This document shows, one piece after another, positions 18,804-27,700 of a stretch of 32,000 bases of DNA (the stretch's first letter is position 1; the number at the start of each line of letters is the position of its first letter). The position numbers were made by a program, and so were the translations under genes. Under the pieces are notes generated by a model that saw only the letters and a list, made by a program, of their open reading frames with translations, made no database searches and was not told the origin of the DNA. The stretch is from Candidatus Lokiarchaeum ossiferum (GTDB lineage Archaea > Asgardarchaeota > Lokiarchaeia > Sigyniarchaeales > Promethearchaeaceae): NCBI GenBank assembly GCA_025839675.1, contig CP104013.1, forward strand, positions 540,001-572,000, given 5' to 3'.

Positions 18804-20642
18804 ATTTTAGAAAAGAAAGAAAATTTAATGATTGAACCTACAAATTATAAAAATCTAAAGTGTAATCCTAATATCAAAAGGAAATTGATTCAACAATTAA
18901 AAAATGAGGTAAATTCTTTTAAAAAATCTAAAAATAAAATAGTACCTTTAACGAAATTCCTTGATTCTAATCAAATGGTTATATTCGACATAAAAAAATA
19001 TGAAAATATCAATAGTTTACCAGAAGATACAAAAGAAGATATTATTCTGAAAATGAGTAAATATAATCACTTACATGATGATCTTAATTTCAAAAAACTA
19101 AAACTAATATCAGATACGTGGATTTCGAGTTTTTTATGGTCAATTGATAAAAACATTAAGAGTATTGCAGATTTTTCTTATCCAAATAATATTTTGCTTG
19201 AAGAAATTAAATTAGGAAAAATATATAAGAGAAATAATTCTGAAGACACTTCTCAAATTAGTAAAATTCAAAAAATGGCAAAAAAAGAGAAGTTCTTTCA
19301 TTGGTATTTGGAATTTCCTGAAATTTTTAATAAACCTAACAAAGGCTTTGATTTTATTTTATCAAATCCACCATATGTCGAATCTCGTGGAATACCTGAC
19401 TATTATTGGAATTGGTTACGACTTCACTACAAGAGTTCATATAAAAAGTTTGATCTCTCGGTTGTTTTTCTCGAAAGGATCGTTCAGTTATTGAAACCTA
19501 ATGGAAAAGCAGCTATAATAACTTCAAATAAATGGTTAGTTGCAGATTATGGTTTGAAAATAAGAGAAATATATTTAAAAGAAACTAAAATTGAATCTAT
19601 TTATGACATCTCCCATTTAAATGTATTTTCTGAAGCCGATACTTATCCTATTATCATATTTGTTACTAAACCAGAATTAATTTCAAAGATTGAAGGAAAA
19701 GATACTTACTTATTCAAGCCTTCATCATTTAAAGAATTGTGGAATAATGATTATAAAAAAGAAAAATATGCGATCTCTCAAGGTTTTTTTGAAAGATTTC
19801 CTAATATTATATTTCCAACTACTATAGAACCTAAAAACATTATGTTATTAACCCACATTTGGAATTTACTTCCAAAATTTGCTTTTCTTCTTGGTGGACT
19901 AAATAGTCCATATGTTCTGAAAAAAGGAATACATACAGGCAATATAAAAGAAAAATTAATCTTAAAAAATCCATCTGTTATTCATGATTCGTTTAAGAAA
20001 TTAATTACAAGCCGAGAAAAAGTGGACAGATATCATTTTTCTTGGGAAGGATATTACGTTAATTATGATCCGAGTATTATTAAAAAGGAAAATGGAGAAT
20101 ATGGTAGCTTAAGAGAAAAATGGATATTTGAAAGTAATCCAAAAATTTTCATTAAATTATTTGGGAAGCGCATACAAGCGGCTTTAGATTCTGAAAAATA
20201 TTATGCTAATAATTCTATTATTATAGTTGTAAAAAACAATAATGAATCTAAAGAAAACTCAGATGAAATATTATCCATAAATAATGAATTTTATTATCTT
20301 ATAGGCATATTGAATTCTGATTTGATTTCAGTATTTTACAAAATAATATTTCATCATACTCATGTTCGAGGAGATTTTCTCCAATATTATATCAAAGATT
20401 TGGAAAATATTCCAATTATAAAGCCATCCACAGAAAATATTGAAACTGTTATTAAAATTGGAAAAATTGCAAAAAAGTTAATTAAATTATATATTACTGT
20501 AGAGATTAATAAAGATAAAATCCAAATCTTAGAAGATGAGTTGAATAATTTAATACATATTTTGTATAAGTTAGAACAATTAAATTTGGGTTCATCATGG
20601 AATGAATTAAAAAATCAATTCCTAGATTATATTGATTTTTAG
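16959..20642 (+). CDS. drmMI: N6-adenine DNA methyltransferase, Eco57I/type IIG-like, NPPY type (DISARM DrmMI-like), paralogue 1
   Basis: 1227 aa. SAM motif I 'KICDPACGSGTFLL' (nt 18531-18551). 'FFHWYLEFPEIF'. Catalytic motif IV 'ILSNPPYVESRG' (N-P-P-Y at 19365-19376). 'LLKPNGKAAIITSNKWL'. TaqI-C-like specificity signature 'YYLIGILNSDLISVFY'. The N-terminal ~610 aa are paralogous to the next ORF. Confidence 0.85.
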   Translation: MASQAKLLRNITTNGGLFTENILLKLRDRPNSKNIGKITYFYFPEEIEEIQKTGNPPQTLDSLEIKQKREKLKSLQSSIFNWGQRKWEETYPDLELNKLEDPDIETKWLLPLLEQIGYELEPFDRSSDDGTDTGVLGDFQIKYQTTNPSIQLFFHFVCPNDDLDKKIKTNPKQLSHHDICQQYVNYHPDVKWLILSNGTQLRLLSTYYYSYSKGYLEFNLKDIFGGDLQEFLVFFNILHPSRFIKIEPDKHSLIEDFQAESQEEGVKVGNNLRDNVHNAIETLGNQLIQQNNELYTNIKNEKINLQEYYAELLRIIYRIIFILYAEQRNMLPGSGTLYFKNFSLSSFRMLAEKPIKNDSQSDLWQKLFVTFQLVRDGNSFMGIPCFNGILFDNTNLSILFPDGKEKGIIYSVSNDITLGIIRLLTTAQFGNIRQRINFIEISEEEIGAIYESLLEYRPIFDKRGNFNLEYESNERKGTGTYYTPKNIIDIFIKNTIEPKIRFILDEHAGNPQIQENEIRKLKICDPACGSGTFLLSVLDSMGEHLAKIRSPNSYPTEIELRNARREILQHCIYGVDKNQLAVELCKISLWLRACVKDKPLNFLDNHIKCGDSLLGILEKKENLMIEPTNYKNLKCNPNIKRKLIQQLKNEVNSFKKSKNKIVPLTKFLDSNQMVIFDIKKYENINSLPEDTKEDIILKMSKYNHLHDDLNFKKLKLISDTWISSFLWSIDKNIKSIADFSYPNNILLEEIKLGKIYKRNNSEDTSQISKIQKMAKKEKFFHWYLEFPEIFNKPNKGFDFILSNPPYVESRGIPDYYWNWLRLHYKSSYKKFDLSVVFLERIVQLLKPNGKAAIITSNKWLVADYGLKIREIYLKETKIESIYDISHLNVFSEADTYPIIIFVTKPELISKIEGKDTYLFKPSSFKELWNNDYKKEKYAISQGFFERFPNIIFPTTIEPKNIMLLTHIWNLLPKFAFLLGGLNSPYVLKKGIHTGNIKEKLILKNPSVIHDSFKKLITSREKVDRYHFSWEGYYVNYDPSIIKKENGEYGSLREKWIFESNPKIFIKLFGKRIQAALDSEKYYANNSIIIVVKNNNESKENSDEILSINNEFYYLIGILNSDLISVFYKIIFHHTHVRGDFLQYYIKDLENIPIIKPSTENIETVIKIGKIAKKLIKLYITVEINKDKIQILEDELNNLIHILYKLEQLNLGSSWNELKNQFLDYIDF

Positions 20643-20645
20643 GAG
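20641..20645 (+). promoter_or_regulatory. Shine-Dalgarno AGGAG for the second methyltransferase gene
   Basis: AGGAG overlaps the TAG stop of paralogue 1 (20640-20642) and lies 11 nt before ATG 20657. Confidence 0.5.
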
Positions 20646-20656
20646 TTAACAAATCA

Positions 20657-22503
20657 ATGACATCAAACGCAAAATTATTACGGAATATAACCACCAGTGG
20701 GGGACTGTTTACAGAAAATATTTTATTGCGATTACGAGATCAACCCAATTCAAAGAATATCGGTAAAGCTACATATTTTTATTCAGTAAAAGAAATAGAA
20801 GAGATAAAAAATACTGGAAAATCACCACAAACTCTTGACTCTCTAGGCATTAAACAAAGACAGGAAAGATTAAATTCCCTTAGAACCACAATTTTCGATT
20901 GGGCACAGCGGAAATGGGAAGAAATTTTTCCAGATATGAAACTACATAAAGTAATAAAATCCGATATTGAAAAGAAATGGTTACTTCCCTTATTTGAACA
21001 GATTGGTTATGAACTTGAACCATTTAACCAATCATCAAGTGAAGAATTCGATACCGAGGTTCTTGGCGATTTTCATATTAAGTATCAACCAAAAATCCCC
21101 AAAGTGCAAGTTTATTTCCATTTTGTTTCTCCCTATGATGATCTCGATCAAAAAGTAAAATCAAATCCAAAACAACTCTCCCATCATGAAATTTGTCAAC
21201 AATTTGTGAACTATCATCCCAATGTGAAATGGTTAATCCTATCAAATGGCACACAACTGCGGCTCCTCTCAACATACTACTATTCTTATTCTAAAGGTTA
21301 TGTAGAGTTTAATTTACAAGATATTTTTGGTGGGGATCTGCAAGAATTCAAAGTAATGTTCAATATGATACATCCTTCTAGGTTTGTCGGTATCGAATCA
21401 GAGAAAAAATTGCTTATTGAAGATTTCCAAGCAGAATCAAAAGAAGAAGGAGTAAAGGTGGGAGATAATCTCCGGGATAATGTACATAATGCAATCGAAA
21501 TGCTCGGTAATAAGCTAATTCAACAGAATGATGAGCTTTATAAGCAAACTAAACAGGAAAAGATCGATTTACAAAAATACTATGCCGAATTATTACGGAT
21601 CATCTACCGGATCATTTTCATTTTATATGCAGAACAAAGAAATATGCTGCCTGGATCTGGAACTCTATATTTCAAGAATTTTTCCTTATCTTCATTTCGG
21701 ATGATGGCAGAAAAACCAATTAAGAATGATTCCCAATCAGACTTATGGCAAAAACTCTTCTTAACTTTTCAGCTTGTTAAAAATGGAAATAAAAAAATGG
21801 GGGTGCCATGCTTTAATGGAAGTCTCTTCGATAATACAAATTTATCAATTTTATTTCCTAATGGTGGAAAAGAAGGTATAAAATACATTATCTCAAATGA
21901 TATCTTATTAAGAATCATCCGGTTACTCACAACTGCTCAAATAGGCAATATTCTCCAAAGAATTAATTTTATTGAAATATCTGAAGAAGAAATTGGAGCT
22001 ATATATGAATCCTTACTTGACTATTTTCCTGTTTTTAGCAAAAGGGATCAATTTAAACTCCCCTATCAAACCACTGAGCGAAAGGGTACGGGTTCTTATT
22101 ATACTCCCAAATCTTTAATTGATATTTTATTGAAAACAACGTTAAAACCATTGATAGACGATACACTTGCAAATATCGGAATTGATCCTTTTGACCAAGA
22201 AAAAGCGATATTAAGAATCAAAATTTGCGATCCTGCTTGTGGTGGAGGTACCTTTTTACTATCTGCTTTAGATTTTATTGGAGAAAAATTAGCAAAAATT
22301 CGTAAAACAGATTCAAGTCCAACAGAGGATGACTTACGACATGCTCGTCGCGATGTCTTACAAAATTGCATCTATGGTGTTGATAAAAATTCCCTTGCGG
22401 TTGAATTATGTAAAATATCTCTTTGGTTACGAGCATGTGTTAAGGATAAACCGTTGAATTATCTCGATAATCATATAAAATGCGGGAATTCCTTAATTGG
22501 ATT
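20657..22503 (+). repeat. Copy 2 of the ~1.85-kb diverged direct repeat
   Basis: See copy 1 (16959-18803). Same orientation, with starts 3.7 kb apart. Confidence 0.85.
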
Positions 22504-24757
22504 TGGAAAAAACCCTGAAAGTTTATTAATTTCAGATAAAAATTTTAAGGCTTTGAAAGGAAATAAACAAACAGGAATTGAATCTGAAAATAAGAAATTA
22601 TGGAATGAAATTAAAAAACAAGTTCAGGATGAATTAAAAAATCTAAAGAAAACAAAAGCAAAACCTGGAACTTTGACAAAATTTCTCCCTGGACAAGAAC
22701 TAAAGTTGGATATTAAAAAATTTCAAGAAATCAGTAATATGACTGAAAATTCAATTGAAGAAATAAATCTGAAAAAAAAAAAATATACTGAATGTTTTAA
22801 CCGAGAGATCTATAAATCTCTAAAATATTATGCAGATGCATGGACGGCCAGTTTTTTTTGGCCATTAGAAGAGAAAAATGTTAGATTTATTGATTATAAA
22901 TATCCTAATAATACTTTATTAAATGATCTGAAAAATGGACGTATTATTAGCAAAAGTCAAAAAATATTAGAGAATATTTCTGAAATTTCTAAGCAATATC
23001 AATTTTTCCATTGGTATTTAGAATTTCCTGAAGTTTTTGATAAAAAAAAGCAAGGATTTGATTTAATTTTAGGAAACCCACCATGGGATGTTATTGAATT
23101 CAAAGAAAATGAATTTTTTATTGGAAAAGATTTGGAAATAACTCAAGCAGGAAATCAATCTAAACGCAGAGAATTGATTAAATCTCGCAAAAATACTAAT
23201 CATTCTTTGTGGAAAACATATAAGCAAAATTATAATCAATTATTGAAAGAAAAACACTTTTATTCTCAGTCTAATTTTTACTTTTACACTGCTAAAGGAA
23301 AAATGAATTTATATCCACTTTTTACTGAAAAATTTAGCAATTTACTAACAAAACAAGGAAGACTTGGTTATATTGTACCTTCAAAACTCATTACAAATTA
23401 TTTTATGCAAGATTTTTTTAACAAATTAGTCAATGAGAAGAAAATAATCTCTCTTTTTGATTTTAATAATAAAGAAAATCTTTTTAGAGGCATAAGTTCT
23501 CAGCAGAAATTTTGCCTGATTTCTTTAGGAAATGTGTCGAAGGAATCTAAATTTATCCCAATGGCTTTTGAATTGGAAAAAATTGAAGAAATAAATCCTG
23601 TCTTAAATTTAATGGAATATTATAATTTAGAAGATATTTCAAATCAATTAAATCTTGATTCAAAACTTTTATTATTAGAGAGTAATGATTTTCAAACTTT
23701 TAATCCGAATACAAAAACATGTCCAATTTTCACTAACAATTTCACTTACAAAATTTTTAAGAAAGCATATAAGTATCCAATTTTAATTTTAAGAGATGAA
23801 TCAAATAATGAATTAAAAAATTGTTGTAATATCGAAATATCAACTATTTTTAATGCTGCTTCTGATTCAAATCTATTTATTGAGAAAAAAGATTTAGAAA
23901 AATTAAAAGTTGAATCAGAAAATAAATTATCCGGTGGAATATGGAAAGATGATAAAAATAAATATCTACCACTATACGCTGGAAAAATGGTATGGCAATA
24001 TGATCATAGATATCAAGGAATAATTAAAACAAAAGCAGCACAAAGAAATGAAAAATCTTTCGCAATTTCTGAGGAACAGAAGAAAAATATTCAATTTTAC
24101 AACATACCTGCATATTGGATCAAAGAAGAAGATTTTATGGCAAATCTTCCCAAAAAATGGAATAAAAAGTGGTTTTTTGCATTTAGAGATATAACAGGAT
24201 CAAAAAACGAGAGATCATTAGTCTGTTCGATAATTCCATTTTATCCAAGCAATCATACACTTCCAATTGTATACCAAAAGGAAGATAATGAACATAATGC
24301 GGAAAATCTTTGTATACTCATCGCTAATTTTAATACTCTTATTATGGATTACATCGCCCGTCAAAAGATATCCAGTCAACATATGAGTTTTTATGTAGTT
24401 GAACAATTACCTGTCATTCCTTTTGAAAAATATCCTACAAATATAAAAGCCCTGATAGTGAACAAAATCTTAAAATTATCTTATAATTCTCTAGATTTAG
24501 AAGAATTTGCCAAAGATTTAAATTTTACAGAAAATCCCTTTATTTGGAATGAAGAAATTAGACTTAAAATAAAATGTGAGATTGATGCAATTTATGCATT
24601 GTTATATAAAATTGAGCGAGATGAATTGGAAAAGATTATTGAAACATTTGATGTTTTAGAGAAAAAGGAATTAGATAAATATGGTTCTTTTAAAACTAAA
24701 AGTTTAATCTTAGATAATTTTGATAAATTTGCACAAAAATTGGAGTTGTTTGAATAA
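20657..24757 (+). CDS. drmMI: N6-adenine DNA methyltransferase, type IIG-like, NPPW type (DISARM DrmMI-like), paralogue 2 with a different catalytic/target-recognition half
   Basis: 1366 aa. Motif I 'KICDPACGGGTFLL' (nt 22229-22249). 'FFHWYLEFPEVF'. Motif IV 'ILGNPPWDVIEF' (N-P-P-W at 23075-23086). 'MNLYPLFTEKFSNLLTKQGRLGYIVPSKL'. The C-terminal ~650 aa ('ERSLVCSIIP', 'FYVVEQLPVIPF', 'CEIDAIYALLYKIERDELEKI') are unrelated to paralogue 1. The TAA stop abuts the next ATG (TAAATG at 24755-24760). Confidence 0.85.
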   Translation: MTSNAKLLRNITTSGGLFTENILLRLRDQPNSKNIGKATYFYSVKEIEEIKNTGKSPQTLDSLGIKQRQERLNSLRTTIFDWAQRKWEEIFPDMKLHKVIKSDIEKKWLLPLFEQIGYELEPFNQSSSEEFDTEVLGDFHIKYQPKIPKVQVYFHFVSPYDDLDQKVKSNPKQLSHHEICQQFVNYHPNVKWLILSNGTQLRLLSTYYYSYSKGYVEFNLQDIFGGDLQEFKVMFNMIHPSRFVGIESEKKLLIEDFQAESKEEGVKVGDNLRDNVHNAIEMLGNKLIQQNDELYKQTKQEKIDLQKYYAELLRIIYRIIFILYAEQRNMLPGSGTLYFKNFSLSSFRMMAEKPIKNDSQSDLWQKLFLTFQLVKNGNKKMGVPCFNGSLFDNTNLSILFPNGGKEGIKYIISNDILLRIIRLLTTAQIGNILQRINFIEISEEEIGAIYESLLDYFPVFSKRDQFKLPYQTTERKGTGSYYTPKSLIDILLKTTLKPLIDDTLANIGIDPFDQEKAILRIKICDPACGGGTFLLSALDFIGEKLAKIRKTDSSPTEDDLRHARRDVLQNCIYGVDKNSLAVELCKISLWLRACVKDKPLNYLDNHIKCGNSLIGFGKNPESLLISDKNFKALKGNKQTGIESENKKLWNEIKKQVQDELKNLKKTKAKPGTLTKFLPGQELKLDIKKFQEISNMTENSIEEINLKKKKYTECFNREIYKSLKYYADAWTASFFWPLEEKNVRFIDYKYPNNTLLNDLKNGRIISKSQKILENISEISKQYQFFHWYLEFPEVFDKKKQGFDLILGNPPWDVIEFKENEFFIGKDLEITQAGNQSKRRELIKSRKNTNHSLWKTYKQNYNQLLKEKHFYSQSNFYFYTAKGKMNLYPLFTEKFSNLLTKQGRLGYIVPSKLITNYFMQDFFNKLVNEKKIISLFDFNNKENLFRGISSQQKFCLISLGNVSKESKFIPMAFELEKIEEINPVLNLMEYYNLEDISNQLNLDSKLLLLESNDFQTFNPNTKTCPIFTNNFTYKIFKKAYKYPILILRDESNNELKNCCNIEISTIFNAASDSNLFIEKKDLEKLKVESENKLSGGIWKDDKNKYLPLYAGKMVWQYDHRYQGIIKTKAAQRNEKSFAISEEQKKNIQFYNIPAYWIKEEDFMANLPKKWNKKWFFAFRDITGSKNERSLVCSIIPFYPSNHTLPIVYQKEDNEHNAENLCILIANFNTLIMDYIARQKISSQHMSFYVVEQLPVIPFEKYPTNIKALIVNKILKLSYNSLDLEEFAKDLNFTENPFIWNEEIRLKIKCEIDAIYALLYKIERDELEKIIETFDVLEKKELDKYGSFKTKSLILDNFDKFAQKLELFE
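22772..22783 (+). repeat. A12 homopolymer (four AAA Lys codons) inside methyltransferase paralogue 2, upstream of the NPPW motif
   Basis: Read directly: ...aatctg aaaaaaaaaaaa tatact..., encoding 'NLKKKKYTE'. This is the longest mononucleotide run I noticed inside a coding region in the window. Confidence 0.9.
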
Positions 24758-27700
24758 ATGCCAGAACAATTAAAAAGACAAAAACCACAAAACATTTTTT
24801 TAATGGCCGATCGTCTACAAGAGACGTATGAACAATTTGTCCGTTCATTCCAATATTTTCAAAATGAGAAAATTCAAACGTGGGTGGACGATCAGATGGA
24901 AAAGCACGATCTACTTTTCCGAGATCCGTATATTGAATTGAATTTCCAATTTGAAAATGGAATTCCACTTGCAGAGATGGTCACCCAAAACTATATGCAT
25001 GCAAGAATCCCAGAAATCTTCAAAATTTCTCCCTACAAACACCAATCTCAAGCAATTACTCGGATTCTCAAAGAAAACCAAAATATTATCGTGTCCACGG
25101 GAACGGGCTCCGGAAAAAGCTTGTGTTATTGGATTCCTATTATCAATACATGTCTGGAAATGAAGCAGAAAGGATTAGACGGGATTAAAGCAATTGTTAT
25201 TTTCCCGATGAATGCCTTAGCCAATTCTCAATACAATGCATTGGTGGATACAATCCAAGATTATACGGATCTCAAAGTTGGGCGATATACAGGAGATACA
25301 GCATACTCACGGAAAGAAGGGGAGAAATTACTAGAAGAACGCGCCACACGAGAACCTTACAAATGTGAATATCTCTCCCGGCAAGAGATGCAAGATAACC
25401 CCCCCGATATTCTTATTACGAATTATGTAATGTTGGATCTCTTACTTATGCGGCATGATGATAAAAAACTCTTTCCCGGAAAACATGAAGGTCACCTCAA
25501 ATACCTCGTCTTAGATGAAATTCACACCTATAATGGAAATACGGGATCGGATGTAGCTTGTCTCGTTCGCCGATTGAAGGAAAAAACCAATACCATTGGA
25601 AAACTCCGCTGTATTGGCACTAGTGCAACCATTCAGGATAATAAAAAAGACACCGATCCAAATCAACCTTCTTCGATTATCGAATTTGCAGAAAAAATAT
25701 TTGGAGAACCCTTCACCAACAATAGTTTAATTACAGCAACGCACATCAAATCAGATGTTACATTCGATAAAATCGTGAAACTCCCAAAAACCATTAAAAT
25801 TGATACTGAGGAACTGAATGCCTTTGATGGAACCCTCCCTACAACGATTCCAATCGCAAATAAATTACTCGCGAGCCCTCTCACTTCAGAGGAAGTGGGC
25901 GATGAATTTCAATTAGGTGTTAAATTTGAATATCATGAAACGATTTTATTCCTCCAAGATCAACTCAAAGAAATCGCTCAATCACTTAAAGATCTTGCCA
26001 CCACCTACCGATCCAAATTACGACCGGGAGAATCCGAAGCAAAATGTTTACAAGAGTTAAAAGCCGCATTTTTAGTGGGAACCGTCGGAAAAATTACCAA
26101 AAACGAAGAAAAACGCCCATTAATTGTGCCAAAACTGCATCTCTTCTTCTCCCGAGGGCACGATATTCACTCCAGTCTCACCCAACTCGGCCCTTATCCC
26201 ACGATAGATGGGAATGTCATTTGCCACGAAACCGAATACAAGACCTACCCGATGTATTTCTGTCGGAATTGTGGGCATGAATTTTATAGTGTGATCATAT
26301 CCGAAGATAATATGGTCTATCCGCGCAATTTAGATGAAGAACAACCCGGAAAACTTTTCTATCTCACCCCTATCACTGATGCGAATAATAATTGGGAGGT
26401 TCCCGAACAATGGATCAATACAAAAGGCGATGTAAAGAAGAGTTACCAACCTGCGCAACCCACACGAACATTATACTGTCCGAAACATAACGTGATCGAA
26501 AGCACGTGCGGATGTCCTAAAGTATTGGAAGTCTGGCAGATTGCCTATCCGATCCAACTCTGTCCTTCATGTAATATTTTTTATACCAAACGCAAAGGTG
26601 AATATGGAAAACTCTTTTCGTTCAACTCCACCGGACGGAGTTCTTCCACCGATGTCTTAACGGCTAAGCTCTTGAGAAATTTATCACGAGACCAAAAAAA
26701 GTTAATTGTTTTTACCGATAACCGTCAAGATACGTCATTGCAAGCAGAACATTTGAATGAATTTCAACGACGCTTGAATTTTCGCCAGATCATGCTCGGA
26801 GTTCTCCAAAAAATTCACACACATGGCGATCGGATCACGGATCTCGAAATTGGGAATTATATCTTCGCATATCTTTCCGAAACAGGAAAACTCCCCGAGT
26901 ACAGTATCGAAGAAGCGGATGAGTTTAGTTCGGCTCCCCCGCCCATTATTGAATATAAAAGTTTTCTCACATATTTGGCAGTATCCGATATTATGCAGTC
27001 CAATTATTTCCTCGACCTCAATCTGGATAAATTGGGAATTTTAAAAATCGAGTACGATATGTTGCATAAACTCGCCGGACACTCTCAATTAACCAATCAT
27101 TTTATCTTTAAACGATATAACCCCACTCAGAATTATGATTATATGCGAGGATTGCTGGATATATTCAGGTGGAATGGGGCAATTGCAAACGGGAATTTTA
27201 GCAAATCGGGGAGTAAATTCAAACAATGGGAACGAAAAATTAAGGCAGACCTCCTCTTCGATATTAACAAAAATCATTTTACCAATTTTGGCTATACATT
27301 TGAGATACCGAAAAATCCCAAGACAAATAAACGCAGTCGGGTGCTCTATGATAACTACGCAGTATCATTGAAAAGTTTGACTGGTAATAACTCCGTAATT
27401 CTTAATTGGACCCAAAAATTCTTCAAAGTGGAAAAAGAGGATGCGGAAAAAATTATCATTGAAATGATTCAAATTCTCGAAAAAACCAAATTTATCCAAA
27501 AGATCTGGGCGGATCGTCCGAAAACCGATTTTTACCAAATCGCAGAAGGCAAAATCCTTTTCAAATTAAACGCAGAAGAGCAATTTCAGCAATGTCCCAA
27601 ATGCCATAAAGTGTTTTATTTTGATGAATTTTCCGAGTGTGCGTGGCGGAATTGTCCGACCCTCAAATCTCATATTGTTGATCATGACAATTATTACTAC

